DNA of 64,000 nucleotides, from positions 434,001 to 498,000 of the forward strand of contig CM075988.1 in NCBI GenBank assembly GCA_038087875.1, given 5' to 3'. The position numbers were made by a program, and so were the translations under genes. The notes beneath the pieces were generated by a model that saw nothing but the letters and a program-made list of their open reading frames with translations, searched no databases and was not told the DNA's origin. The stretch is from Malacoraja senta. Lineage: Eukaryota. Numbering within the stretch: the first letter of the stretch is position 1; each line of letters starts with the position of its first letter. Shown here in pieces: positions 37,781 to 52,899 of the stretch.

Positions 37781-40700
37781 TTTTAAATTTTTTTATTTTT
37801 AATTTTATTTATTAGAAGCACATTACGTTACAACCACATCCATTAGTACTCGTCACATATATTTTAATACAATTAATGTACTCCGGTTTTTTTTAACATT
37901 AATAAAGGGAGAGGATAAGATTAAGAGAAAGAGGAAAGTGAAGGAAAAGGTGAAAGTGTAAAAAAAAAAAAAAAACCGTGACAACAAGAAAGAACAAAGA
38001 CCCTATAAGAAAACGAGTTAAGAAGTAGATCCTAGAAAAGAAGAAGAAAAAGAGAAAGGAAAAAGAGAAGAACAAATACCTTTTTTATCAGCATCCTGCA
38101 AATGGGACATACCAAATCTCCAATTTTCATCCCCCCCCTACCCGACCTCAGTTTTTTTTTAAAGTACCTTTGCACCCTAATAATTCTATAAATGCCGACC
38201 ACGTCAGGAGGAAGTGGTCTGGTTTACCTGCCAGGAGGAGTCTTATCTCTTCTAGGTGTAATGTTTCAAACATATTTGAAATCCACATGTTTATAGTTGG
38301 TATTGGAGCATTTTTCCAAAATTTTAGGATTCACTTTTTTCCAGTTATTAACCCATAGTCTATTAGTTTCTTTTGAAACACATTTAGTTCTGGACTATCT
38401 TCCGTTATTCGGAAGATAATCCATTCTGCTTTGGGTATCAGTTTTATTTTAAATAATTTTGTAAAGATTTCAAAAATGTCAATCCAAAATTTTTGAATTT
38501 TTGTACAAAAGACCAATGAATGGGCTATAGTAGCTTCTTGAGATTGACATTTATCACAGTTTGATGATATATTTGGGAAAATTTTATGGATTTTAGTTTT
38601 AGAATAGTATAATCTATGTAAAATTTTGAATTGTATTAAAGTATGTCTTACATTTATCGAACATTTATGCACTTTTAATAAGTATTCATTCCACTTTTCC
38701 TTTGAGATTTTAATAGCTAAATCTTGTTCCCATTCTCTTCTAATACCCGTAGATGGTATTTCTACATTTAAGATAATATTATACAAATATGATATTGAAT
38801 TTGCTGAATCAGCTTTTATCTGCATTGCATCATCCAAAACATCTACTGGGCTATTATAATGATCTTTTATATATTTTTTCAAATAGTCACATATTTGAAA
38901 ATATTTAAAATATTGATTATTTCCAAGTTTATATTTTATTTGTAATTGCTGAAATGATAGTAATTTTCCAGTTTCATACAGGTCACCGAACGTTTTAATT
39001 CCTAGTCTATCCCATTGTATGAAGGCTTTATCTGTAGTAGAGGGATTAAACAAAGGGTTATTAACTATGGGAGATAAAAGTGAAAAATGTCTTAATTTTA
39101 AATTTTGTTTTATTTGTTTCCAAATTCTGATTGTACTATGTATGATTGGGTTCTTATTATAGTTTATGTTATCCAGTTTCGTTGGTGAGAGGAGGATCGC
39201 TCCAATGTTTCTAGAGGAACAGTCCTCTCTCTCCATTACAATCCAATCCACTTGCTGAGCAATATCCATCAGTTGAATCATATTTTTAATATTTACTGAC
39301 CAATAATAATACATGAAAGTAATGAGTGCTAAGCCCCCTAGTACTTTGGGTTTGTTCAGGTGTATTCTTTGTATTCTATGTGGTTATATGGTTATATGGT
39401 TATGTGATTTATAGTCCCATATAAAATTAGTAATGTCTGAGTCCAGTTTTTAAAAAACTTCTTTGGTAAGTATATAGGAATCGATTGAAATAGGTATAAA
39501 ATTTGTGGAAGAAAGATCATTTTTATTGCATTTATTCGGCCTATTAAAGACATCGGGAGCGTTTTCCAAAATTTAATTAATGTATTTAATTTATTAAGTA
39601 AAGGCTCAAAATTTGCTTTAAACATACCTTGATATGTTCAGGGATTTAAATTTTTCTGTAGCTATTTTAAAAGGGAATTTTAAAAGATGTGTTGAGTCTT
39701 TCGGTTTTATTGACATAATTTCACTTTTATTCCAGTTTATTCTATATCCAGAAAAAGATCCAAAGTCTTCAATTAAGTTTAATATATTTGGTATAGTGAT
39801 TTGAGGTTTTGTAATGTACAGTAATATATCATCCGCGTATAAAGATATTTTATTATTTGAGTATTTAGTATTATACCCATGGATATCGGGATGTATTCTA
39901 ATTTTTTCTGCTAACGGTTCAATTATAAGAGCAAACAACTGTGGTGATAATGAGCACCCTTGTCTATTTCCCCTTGATAGTTGAAATTTTGAAGATAATA
40001 TATTATTAGTTAATATTCTAGCTGTAGGTTTATTATATAGTAATTTAATCCATAAAATAAAATTCTTTCCCAATTGGAATTTTTCTAATACTTTATCCAT
40101 ATAATTCCATTCTACTTGATCAAATGCTTTTTCAGCGTCCAGCGAAATAATTGATAATTCTTGTTCTTCAAATTTATGTGAATGCATTATATTGAGTAAA
40201 CGTCTCATATTATTAGCTGAGTATCTCTTCGGGATAAACCCCGTCTGATCTGGATTTATTAGTTTGCTAATATATTTACTTAATCTTCTAGGTAATGTTT
40301 TTGCTAATATTTTTTTATCTGTGTTTAACAGTGCAATAGCTCTATATGAACCCGGTTCTTCTATATCTTTGTTTTTTTAAAGTTTTAATGTAATCGTTGA
40401 TTCAGCTAATGTATCAGGTAGTATTTGTTTTTTAAAAGCATGTTGGTACATTTTTTGTAATCTAGGTATAATTTTATCATAGAAATTTTTATAAAATTCA
40501 TTAGTAAATCCATCAGGACCTGGAGTTTTTCCATTCTTTAGTGATTTTATTGTATCTTCTAATTCCTTAATTGAAATTTGTGCTCCCAATTCCTCTTGTT
40601 CCTTCACCTCTAACTTTGGAAGATTACAGTTATCCAGAAACTCAGTAATTTTATAGGAATCAGTTGTCGTTTTAGATGTATACAGATTCTCATAAAATTG

Positions 40701-41952
40701 TGCAAATCTTTTATTAATATCCTTCGGTGTAGTTAGTAACTCCCCTCTATCTGATTTAATCTTTGGGATCGTATGTTCTTTTTCACGTTTTTTTAGCAGG
40801 TGGGCCAGAAGTTTATGCGATTTATCCCCAAATTCAAAGTACTCTTGTTTTGTAATTTGAAAAAGTTTTATCAGTTTGGCTGATAATAATTTATTTAATT
40901 TAAATTTCAGAATTATTATTTTATTATGTTTTTCTATTGATGGATCTTTAGCATTATCTATATCCATTTGTCTAATAAGTTCCTCTAGTTGTTTTTGTTC
41001 ATTCTTATTCTTTTTATTTTGAAAAGCTTGGTATGAAATTATAATACCTCTAATATATGCTTTAAAAGATTCCCATAATACAGTAGGCGATATGTCTGGA
41101 GTGTCATTTATTTCAAAAAAGGCATCCATTTGTTCTTTTAAATATATACTCGCTTGTGGATCTTTTAAGATATGAGAGTTAAATCTCCAGAACGATTTAT
41201 TCTTAGACATCCCTTCCAGTTTAAAAAAAAAGTTAATGGTGAATGATCTGAAATAGAGTTTGTATGATATGTTGGGTTAGAAATATGAGGGATTAATTTG
41301 GTGTCCGCCAGGAAATAATCTATATGTGAGTATGTTTTGTGTACCATTGAATAAAACGAGTATTCCCTGCCAGTTGGATTAGCAATTCTCCAAACATCTG
41401 CTATATTAGTGTTTATATAAGTATTTAAAAATTCACCAGATTTAGATTTCGTATTCCCTCTCAGTTTTTTGCTTGATTTATCTAAATACGGATCTAAAAC
41501 ACAGTTAAAGTCTCCTCCTATTATAACATTTTGATAGTTAGACTCTGCGATTCTATTCAAAATTTTATTTTAAAAATGAGGGTTGTCAAAGTTAGGCGCG
41601 TATATATTTACCAAAGTGATTGGAGTATCATGAATTTCTCCATTAACTATTAAGTATCTCCCTTCAATGTCTGTTATAGTATCCTTTGCTTTGAATGGTA
41701 TACCTTTTCTTATAATAATTGACGTACCTCTAGATTTCGAGGTAAATGAAGAATGGTATGTTTGACCTATCCATTTCGCCCTCAACCTAGGTTGATCATG
41801 GGATTTTAGATGAGTTTCTTGTAAAAAGATAATGTCAGAGTTGTACAATTTCAGCTGATCTAGTATCTTAGCCCTTTTAATAGGTTCATTAATACCTCTT
41901 ATATTCCAACTGCAGATTGAGACTCCTCCTAGGCTCTTTTGCTTAGCATCTT
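37781..41952 (-). mobile_element. L1 LINE, ORF2-only 5'-truncated copy, frameshifted, 16-bp TSD
   Basis: SWNIRG, FLQETH, GGDFN, SDH, SLDAEKAFD, RQGC, YADD and a C-terminal CCHC motif; A-rich tail; TSD ACTGTCGACAAAGTCT at 37765-37780 and 41953-41968. Confidence 0.95.
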
Positions 41953-42959
41953 ACTGTCGACAAAGTCTGACTGAGAAAATGCTCCCAGTCATATTACGGG
42001 TTGGCTCCAGGTTTGCCCACTCACTGGGGCGGGCGGTACCTCTTTCAAAGAGAGCGAGAACAGGTCCCGTCAGCTGCGGAGCTGTGACCGACTCCTGTGT
42101 GAAGTCTCTAGCTTGGCTACGGTTGAAATGGCTGCAAATTTGTATAATTATCACCGCCCGGTCACCCGGACCCAGCTCCCAACTGTGTGCCCTGACAGAC
42201 TGGAACCAACCCCAGAGGTTAACACGACAGCATCTTTATTTAAGCCAACCCACCTCGAAAGTTTAACCAGCCTGTTCGAATCCAATCTGAACTTTCCAGC
42301 CTACCCCCCACACAGCACATTCTCCTTGTTTCCTTCAATCCAGGAAGGTTGTTTAGTTAGGAATGTAAGGACTGTCTCAAATTGGTTCACCACACAACAT
42401 GTAATTCGTGTAAATTAATATCGAATTTGAATGGCGGTAACTCAGGCTAATGCCAGAGATTTGATAATTGACAGGTTTGTTCCAGGCATTCTTGTGTTTT
42501 CACGCTGGTGCTGTATTGAGTCAATAATTTAAATAGATACAATTGTGGATTTGTGCAGCTGCAGTATGGTATTTGACGGATACATTTATTTACAAATCTC
42601 ATTGAAATTAATCCGCAGGTCCCTACACACACAGTAGCTCAGCTGGCGAGACTGTTTATCCCGAATGACCTATGACCTGGGCATGTGCAGTTGAAATACC
42701 GAACCCGCTTATTTAATACAGAGAAATGTAAGGTGTTGCATTTTGGGAAGTCTAACATGGGCAGAACCCGCACACTGAATGGTCAGCTTCTGGGGAGTGT
42801 TGAAGAGCAGAGGGATCTAGGACAAAGTTACACAGGGCTGGAAATTAACGGTTGCCCGGGTGCCAATGGCCACCTAACGTCCCGCCGGGCAACCTAAAAG
42901 TCGTGTCATTTTGCCCGGGTTGGCAAGCAACCAGGACACGTGCCGTTCAACTCTGAGCA

Positions 42960-45700
42960 GGCCCCCCTCTCTATCTCTCTGTCTCTCCATCTCCGCCCGC
43001 CATCCGTGTCCGGGCTGCCATGTCTCTACTCTCCTGCCGCTCCTCATCCGCCGGCACGGTGACCTCCTTGCACATGCGCACAACCACGGCCAGCACATCA
43101 TCGGCCGCCCTGCACATGCGCACTACCACGGCAACTGGTCGGCGCCGGGCACTTTCTCCCTCCCTTTGCATTGTGGGAGATCTGGCCGCCATTGCTGTCC
43201 GGTCGCTGCCTCGCCGCGACCACTGAAAACTAACGCAAAATCGCTTCCTAGAGCTGGAGTAACTCCCTCTTGCTTCTTGGTTTCCTGGTCCTCCAAAAAT
43301 ATTCTAAATAGAATTTAAACTGGAGGTGGTGGAGGGTCCATCACCAAACTGCAAACTCTGAACAATAACATCCTATTGCATTTTATCTATTTATTTATTG
43401 TGTATATGTATAGTCTATGGTATATAGACACACTGAACTGTTATCTCCTGTTCTGTATTATGTTTACATATTCCGTTGTGCTGCAGCAAGCAAGAATTTC
43501 ATTGTCCTATCTGGGACACATGACAATAAAACTCTCTTGACTCTTGACTTGGACAAGCAAAAAAAGGGTTCTTGGGGGAAAAAAGAGCTACCTTAAATGT
43601 AGCTGCGTCTGGTTGGGTAACTATGGTAGGGTGAAGACTATTCCATGCTTTAATTGTGCGGGGGAACTCCATGGAGCAGCCAGCATCTCTGGATAGAAGA
43701 AATTGGGTGACTTTTCTGGTTTTAGTGTATTTAGTTTAATTTAAAGATACAGCATGGAAACAGGCCCTTCGGCCCATCGAGTCCACGCCGACCACCGTTT
43801 ACCCGTACACTAGTTCTATCCCACATATTGGCGACGTAAGTTAAAAGTGTTTTATTCTCTCACGTCCCAGTTAGAACAATGAAATCCTTACTTGCAGCAG
43901 CACAGTATATGTAAACATAGTACTCTGTAAACAATGTTATAAACGAGGAAACAAAACAGTGTATATTTATATATGAATATATATATGTGTGTGTGTGTGT
44001 GTATATATATATATACCCACACACACACAATTTTCCTCTTGGGATTAATAAAAGTATATCGTATAGTATCGTGTGTGTAGGAAGGAACTGCAGATGCTGG
44101 TTTAAACTGAAGATAGACACAAAAAGCTGGAGTAACTCAACAGGTCAGACAGAATCTCTGGACAAAAGGAAAGTACGTTTTGGGTTGGGTCTGAAATAGG
44201 TTCCTGCACACCTTTGGAATGTGGAAGGAAACAAGAGCACCCGGAGAAAACCCATGTGATCAAAGGGAAAAGAAGCAAACTCCATCCAGACAGCACCCAT
44301 ATTCAGGATCAATTCCGGGTCTCTGGCACTATTAGGCAGCAACTTTATGCCCATTGTACTGCCCCATAGTCTTGAACTTAATTAAAACATACAGTAGCTG
44401 TAAAGGGGGACATATCGTCACTTGGAGATTTAAGACTGAAAATGGATATTTTCATTTTTTTAGTAACCAAAGTTATCAACGTATAATTTTTTGTGTGTTG
44501 GAAAACAAAATATAGTGGCACAGCTGGTAGACTTGCTGCCTCACACGCCAGAGATCTGTGTTCGATCCTGTCCTCGGGCACTGTCTGTGTTGAATTTGCA
44601 CATTCTCCCTGCAAGCGTGTGGGTTTCCTCCCACATCCCAAAGACGCATTGGCTTTGTAGGTTAACTTGTCTCTGTAAAATTGCCCCTAATGTGTAGGGA
44701 GTGGGTGAGGAAAGTGGGATAACAGAACTTGTGTGAATGGGTAGACAAAAATGCTGGAGATACTCAGCGGGTGAGGCAGCATCTATGGAGCGAAGGAAAT
44801 AGGCGACGTTTCGGGTCGAGCCTTCTTCAGACTGATGTGAGGGTGGGGGGGACGGGAAGAAGAAAGGAAGAGGCGGAGACAGTGGGCTGAGGGAGAGCTG
44901 GGAAGGGGAGGAGAAAGCAGGGATTACCTGAAATTGGAGAAGTCAATGTTCATAGAGCTGGGATGTAAACTGCCCAAGCTACATATGAGGTGCTGCTCCT
45001 CCAATTTACAGTGGGCCTCACTCTGGCCATGGAGGAGGCCCAGGACAGAAAGGTCGGATTCGGAATGGGAGGGGAAGTTGAAGTGCTGAGCCAATAGACA
45101 ATAGGTGCAGGAGTAGGCCTTTCGGCCCTTCAAGCCAGCACTGCCATTCAATGTGATCATGGCTGATCATCCCCAATCAGTACCCCGTACCTGCCTTCAC
45201 CCCATATCCCCTGACTCCGCTATCTTTAAGAGGCCTATCTAGCTCTCTCTTGACAGTATCCAGAGAACCGGCATCCACCGCCCTCTGAGGCAGAGAATTC
45301 CACAGACTCACAACTCTCTGTGAGAAAAAGTGATTCCTCGTCTCTGTTCTAAATGGCTTACCCTTTATTCTTAAACTGTGGCCCCTGGTTCTGGACTCCC
45401 CCAACATTGGGAACATGTTTCCTGCCTCTAGTGTGTCCAAGCCCTTAATAATCTTATATGTTTCAATAAGATGCCCTCTCATCCTTCTAAACTCCAGAGT
45501 GTACAAACCCAGCCACTCCAGTCTCTCAGCATATGACAGTCCCGCCATCCCGGGAATTAACCTTGTAAACCTACGCTGCACTCTCTCAATAGCAAGAATG
45601 TCCTTCCCGGGAGATCAGGTTAGTTATTGCGAACCGAGCAGAGGTGTTGGGCGAAGCGATTGCCAAACCTACTTTTGGTCTCACTGATGTAGAGCAGCTG
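42960..45700. repeat. Copy 2 of the inverted segmental duplication
   Basis: Reverse-complement match to 10361-15760, minus three insertions and plus its own CR1 insertion. Confidence 0.9.
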
Positions 45701-45980
45701 ACACCTGGAACAGCAGATGCAATAGATGAGGTTGGAGGAGGTGCAGGTGAACCTCTGCCACACCTGGAAAGACTGCTTGGATACTTGAATGGAGTCGAGG
45801 GGGGAGGTAAAGCGACAAGTGTAACATTTCCTGCGGTTGCAAGGGAAAGTGCCAGGAGAGGTGGTGGTTTGAGTGGGCATCGACGAATTGACCAGTGAGT
45901 TACGGAGGGAACAGTCTCTGCGGAAAGCCGACAGGGGAGGAGTTGGGAAGATGTGGCCAGTGGTGGGATCCCATTGGTAG
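44740..45980 (-). mobile_element. Penelope-like 3' fragment split by CR1
   Basis: GIY-YIG remnants at 45620-45980 and 44924-45092. Confidence 0.88.
45093..45607 (-). mobile_element. CR1 3' fragment
   Basis: QRRFTRLIPGM...FFSQRVVSLWNSLP. Confidence 0.92.
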
Positions 45981-46147
45981 GCAAAAAAGCTGGAGAAAAT
46001 CAACAGGTGAGGCAGCATCTATGGGGCAAAGGAATAGGTGTTTGAGACCCTTCTTCAGACTGATGTCGGGGGGGGGGGGGGGCTAGCCAAGCGAAATATG
46101 AGGTGCTGTTCCTCCAATTTGTGGTGGGCATCACACTGGCTATGGAG

Positions 46148-46347
46148 NNNNNNNNNNNNNNNNNNNNNNNNNNNNNNNNNNNNNNNNNNNNNNNNNNNNN
46201 NNNNNNNNNNNNNNNNNNNNNNNNNNNNNNNNNNNNNNNNNNNNNNNNNNNNNNNNNNNNNNNNNNNNNNNNNNNNNNNNNNNNNNNNNNNNNNNNNNNN
46301 NNNNNNNNNNNNNNNNNNNNNNNNNNNNNNNNNNNNNNNNNNNNNNN
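46148..46347. other. Assembly gap (200 N)
   Basis: Run of N. Confidence 1.
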
Positions 46348-47345
46348 CTCACAATATTCAAAATTTGGGCTTACCAGCGCAATTTAAAGCCTCCGCATTA
46401 CATCCCTGTTTGGTATACAAGCCCTCTTGAAATAAATGCTAGCATTGAGTTTGATTTCTTTACTACTGATTTGACTTGCATATGAACTTTTGGGAATCCT
46501 GCACCAGCATTCCCAAGTCCCTTTGGCAAAGTTTGCAACTCTGATTTATGGATTCGCACCCATTTATTAAATAGTCTACACCTTCATTCCTATTACCAAA
46601 ATGCATGACTCCACACTTTGTTACACTATATTCCATCTGCCACTTCTCTATCACTCCCAGTCCAAGTCCTGCAGAGTTCCTGTTTTCTCTACACTACCTG
46701 CCCGTTCACCTATTTTCTATCATCCGCAAACTGCCACAAAGCCTTCAATCCCCTCGTCCAAATCATTAATATACAATGTGACGAGCCACCGACCCTTGCG
46801 GAACTGCACTAGTCACTGGCCACCAACCAGAAAAATCCCCTTTATTGCCGCTCTTTATTTTCTGCCATCCAGCCAACCTGCTACTCCATGCTAGTATCTG
46901 CCCTTTGATATCATGGCCTCTCATCTTCCTTAGCAGCCTCACCTGTGGCACCTTATCAAAGGCTTTCTGAATAGCTAAGTAAACAAGATCTACTGACAAG
47001 ATCATTGAATTCTCCCAATTCTGCTAACCCTTGCTGTCCCCTCCCCTTCATCAGCCCTCTGGTTGTCTCCTCCCCTCCCCCAGCCCTCGGGCTCCTCCGC
47101 CTTTTCCCTTTTTTCCTTTCTTCTCCCCACCCCCTATCAGTCTGAAGAAGGGTTTCGGCCCGAAACGTTGCCTATTTCCTTCGCTCCATAGTTTCTCCAA
47201 CATTTTTGTGTACCTTCGATTTTCCAGCATCTGCAGTTCCTTCTTTAACACAAGATCTACTGACTCCTTTGTCCTGCTATTTACTTTTTCAAAGAATTCC
47301 AGAAAATTTGTCAAGCAAGACCTCCTGTCACAATGCCATGCTGAC
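46348..47345 (-). mobile_element. Old CR1 RT fragment with a Penelope pLTR insertion (about 47003-47247)
   Basis: QKAFDKVP, VPQGSV; duplicated acaagatctactgac on both sides of the insertion. Confidence 0.75.
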
Positions 47346-48073
47346 TTCGGCCTACAGTGCCCTCCATAATGTTTGGGACAAATTTTGTATTTGCCTCTGT
47401 ACTCCACAAATTGAGATTTGTAGTAGAAAAAAAACACGTGGTTAAAGTGCACATTGTCAGATTTTAATAAAGGTAATTTTTATACATTTTGGTTTCAGCA
47501 TGTAGAAATAACAGCAGTGTTTATACATAGTCCCCCCATTTCAGGGCACCATAATGTCTAGTATTTTGTTGCATACCCTTTGCATGCAATGACTGCTTGA
47601 AGTCTGCGATTCATGGACATCACCAGTTGCTGGGCGTCTTCTCTGGTGATGCTTTGCCAGGCCTGTATTGCAGCCATCTTTAGCTTATGCTTGTTCTGGG
47701 GGATAGTCCCCTTCAGTTTTCTCTTCAGCATATAAAAGGCATGCTCAATTGGGTTCAGATCAGGTGATTTTAAGTTAGCCATTCATGAATTGACCATTTT
47801 TTGCTTTGAAAAACTCCTTTGTTGCTTTAGCAGTATGTTTGGGATCATTGTCTTGCTGTAGAATGAACCGCCAGCCAATGAGTTTTGAAGCATTTGTTTG
47901 AACTTGAGCAGATAGGATGTGTCTACACACTTCAAAATTCATTATGCTACTGCCATCAGCAGTTGTATCATCCATGAAGATCAGTGAGCCAGTACCTTCG
48001 GCAGCCATACATGCCCAGACCAGAACACCCCCACCATCGTGTTTCACAGATGAGGTGGTATGCTTTGGATCTT

Positions 48074-51000
48074 CAAGTTCACACTTATTGCCACATGCAC
48101 CAATTAAAGTAGAGTGGAATTTGATTTACCACGCAGCCACACAATCAAAAACAGCACAATACACCATAGAATACAACATGAACATCCACCACAGTGGAAT
48201 CAACATTCTTCACTGTGGTGGAAGGCAATAACGTTCAATCAGTTCTCCTCAGTTCATCCGTGGTCAGGGCCATAAACCCTCCGTAGTTGCCGCTACAGAC
48301 GGCCGGATGTACAGGCCCTCTCAGGATGATCCAAACTCCAGAGTCTGGACGGTCGAACACACTCGCTTGGAGTTCCCAAATCGGCCACTTTCATACCGGA
48401 GACGTAGCTTCAGGATGTGATCGGCTGCAGGCCGGCGGTCCGAGCTCTTCTCCGGCGATCCCCGGCAAGGGATCCCAGACTCCGGATGGTAAGCCCACGC
48501 CACGTCCATGGCTAGAAGCTCCGCAGACCACAGTCCTATGATGCAAAGTCACCAGGCCAAATCTCATAGAAACATAGAAAATAGGTGCAGGAGGAGGCCA
48601 TTCGGCCCTGCGAGCCAGCACCGCCATTCATTGTGATCATGGCTGATCGTCCCCAATCAATAACCCGTGCCTGCCTTCTCCCCATATCCCTTGATTCCAC
48701 TAGCCCCAAGAGCTCTATCTAACTCCCTCTTAAATCCATCCAGTGATTTGGCCTCCACTGCCCTCTGGCAGGGAATTCCATAAATTCACAACTCTATGGG
48801 TGAAAACGTTTTTTCTCACCTCAGACTTAAATGGCCTCCCTTTATTCTCAGACTGTGGCCCCTGGTTCTGGACTCGCCCAACATTGGGAACATTTTTCCT
48901 GCATCTAGCTTGTCCAGTCCTTTTATAATTTTATATGTTTCTATAAGAATCCCCCTCATCCTTCTAAATTCCAGTGAATACAAGCCTAGTCTTTTCAATC
49001 TTTCCTCATATGACAGTCCCGCCATCCCAGGGATCAATCTTGTGAACCTACGCTGCACTGCCTCAATCACAAGGATGTCCTTCCTCAAATTAGGAAACCA
49101 AAACTGTACACAATACTCCAGATGTGGTCTCATCAGAGCCCTATAAAACTGCAGAAGAACCTCTTGACTCCTATACTGAAATCCTCTTGTTATGAAGGCC
49201 AACATTCCATTAGCTTTCTTCACTGCCTGCTGTACCTGCAGTGACTGGTGTACAAGGACACCCAGGTCTCGCTGCACCTCCCACTTACCTAACCTAACCT
49301 AACCCCATTGATATAATAATCTGCCCCCTTGTTTTTGCCGCCAAAGTGGATAACCTCACATTTATCTATATTATACTGCATCTGCCACGCATCTGCCCAC
49401 TCACTCAACCTGTCCAGGTCACCATGCAACCTCCTAACATCCTCTTCACAGTTCACACTGCCACCCAGCTTTGTGTCATCCGCAATCTTGCTAGTGTTGC
49501 TCCTAATTCCCTCTTCCAAATCATTAATATATATGGTAAACAGTTGCGGCCCCAACACCGAGCCTTGCGGCACTCCACTCGCCACTGCCTGCCATTCTGA
49601 AAAGGACCCGTCCACTCCTACTCTTTGCTTCCTGTCTGCCAACCAATTTTCTATCCATGTCAACACCCTACCCCCAATACCATGTGCTCTAATTTTACTT
49701 AGCTGTCTCCCGTGCGGGACCTTATCAAAGGCTTTCTGAAAGTCTATATACACTACATCCATCATCATTTGTCACATCATCAAAAAATTCCAGAAGGTTA
49801 GTCAAGCGTGATTTCCCTTTCATAAATCTATGTTGACTTGGACCAATCCTTTTACTGCGATCTAAATGCCCCATTATTACCTCTTTAATAATTGACTCCA
49901 GCATCTTTCCCACCACTGAAGTCAGGCTAACTGGTCTGTAATTCCCCGTTTTCTCTCTCACTCCTTTCTTGAAAAGTGGGATAACATTAGCTATCCTCCA
50001 ATCCACAGGAACTGATCCTGAATCTATTGAACATTGGAAAATGATCACCAATGCATCCACTATTTCTAGAGCCACCTCCGTGAGGACCCTGAGATGCAGA
50101 CCATCAGGTCCAGGGGATTTATCATCCTTCAGTCCCATTAGCCTACCCAATACTATTTCTCGCCTAATGAGAATTTCTTTCAGTTCCTCTACCCTCTTAG
50201 ATCCTCTGTCCTCTAGTACATCTGGGAGATTGTTTGTGTCTTCCTTAGTGAAGACAGATCCGAAGTACCTATTCAACTCTTCTGCCATTTCCTTGTTACC
50301 CATAATAATTTCACCCGTGTCTGCCTTCAAGGGACCCACATTTGACTTTGCTACTCTTTTACCCGTAACATATCTGAAGAAGCTTTTACTGTCCTTCTTG
50401 ATATTCCTGGCCTGCTTCCCCTCGTGCTTCATCTTTTCAGCCCTTATTACCCGTTTTGTTTCCTTCTGTTGTCCTATGAAAGTTTCCCAATCCTCTGGCT
50501 TCCGGCTACTCTTTGCTGTGTTATACATCTTTTCTTTTAGTTTTATTCTATTCCTAACTTCTCTTGTCAGCCACAGTTGCCTCCTACTCCCCTTAGAATC
50601 TTTCTTGGAATGAAATGATCCTGCGTCTTCCGGATTATGCCCAGAAATTCCTGCCATTGCTCTTCCACCGTCATTCCTGCTAGGATCCCTTTCCAGCCTA
50701 CCTTGGCCAGCTCCCCTCTCATGCCTTCATAGTCCCCTTTGTTCAACTGCATCACTGACACTTCCGATTTAACCTTCTTCTCAAATTGCAGATTAAAACT
50801 AATCATATTATGATCACTACCTCCAAGTGGTTCCTTTACATCGAGTTCTCTTATCAAATCTTGAGTTCTCTTATCAAATCTTCGAGTTCTCTTATCAAAT
50901 CTTAGGAGATCAGAGCCCTCATTTCTGGCGACCCCCGGCAAGGGTTCGCACCGCTCCGCAATGGAAAAATTCCCGCTGCGCCCGCTGCTGAAGTTCTGGG

Positions 51001-51190
51001 CCCGACTACGATAAAGGCCGCTCCACTCCAAGTTGTTAGGCCATGAGGGAGGCGCCTCTCCGTCGAGGAGGTGACTGAAAAACAGTTTCCCCCTTTTTCC
51101 CCCACACAAGACACTAAAACAAACATTTGCACATACTAAAAAAAAAACAATAAAAGTCGAAATAGCCCCCAACCGAAGAAAAGGACATCT
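48074..51190 (-). mobile_element. Unclassified non-coding insertion in Tc1 (own sequence about 48074-48564 and 50904-51190)
   Basis: Interrupts the transposase; has a cttgaa-type tail; no ORF recognised. Confidence 0.45.
48565..50903 (-). mobile_element. CR1 subfamily A, 5'-truncated
   Basis: RT ORF fragments at 48816-50657; (ttctatgt) tail; caaatct at both junctions. Confidence 0.93.
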
Positions 51191-52070
51191 TGGGCAGTTC
51201 CTTCTCTCCTCTATACTTTGCTCTTGCCATCACTCTGATATAAATTTATCTACATCTCATCTGTCCACAAGACCTTTTTCCAGAACTGTGGTTGCTCTTT
51301 TAAGTACTTCTTGGCAAACAATAACCTGGCCATCATGTTTTTACAGCTAACCAGTGGTTTGCTTCTTGCAGTGTAGCCTCTGGATTTCTGTTCATGGAGT
51401 CTTTTGCGGACAGTGGTCAATGACAAATCCACACCTGAAGAATGTTTCCGATCTATCGGACAGGTGTTTGGGGATTTTTCTTTATTATAGAGAGAATTCT
51501 TCTGTCATTAGCTGTGGAGGTCTTCCTTGGCCTGCCAGTCCCTTTGCAGTTAGTAAGTTCACCAGTTCTCTTTCTTCTTAATGATGTTCCAAACAGTTGA
51601 TTTTGGTAAGCCCAAGGTTTGGCTGATGTCTCTAACAGTTTTATTCTTGCTTCTCAGTCTCATAATGACTTTCATTGGCACAACTTTGGTCCTCATGTTG
51701 ATAAACAGCAATAAAAGTTTCCAAAGGTGATGGAAAGACTGGAGGAAAGACTAGAGGCTGAGAGCTCTTTTATACGTGCATTAAGGAGGCAATTAAACAC
51801 ACCTCAGCAATTACAAACACCTGTGAAGCCATGTGTCCCCAACATTACGGTGCACTGAGATGAGGGGACTATGTATAAACACAGCTGTCATTTCAACCAG
51901 AATGTATAAAAATGGTCTTTAATGAAATCTGACACAGTGCACTTTAACCATATGTGATTTTTTTAAATTACAAATCTCAAATTGTGGATTACAAAGGCTG
52001 GGTCTTTGTCGCAAACATTATGGAGGGAACTGTATTTTATCGTGAAATTCTAAGTACTTTGTAACCTTAT

Positions 52071-52899
<829 letters not shown>

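Larger units (their letters stand above)
47355..52032 (-). mobile_element. Tc1/mariner transposon, defective, with nested insertions
   Basis: TA|CAGTGCCCTCCATAATG ... CATTATGGAGGGAACTG|TA; TIRs of about 200 bp; VLWTDE, KHDGGGV, QQDNDPKH, SPDLNPIE. Confidence 0.93.

Noticed and set aside
41930..41952. L1 copy starting exactly at the ORF2 ATG (41949)
   Set aside because: That ATG is out of frame and stops after 6 codons. The copy is simply truncated near the ORF2 start.
46038..46430. ORFs spanning X runs
   Set aside because: Artefact of the N gap.
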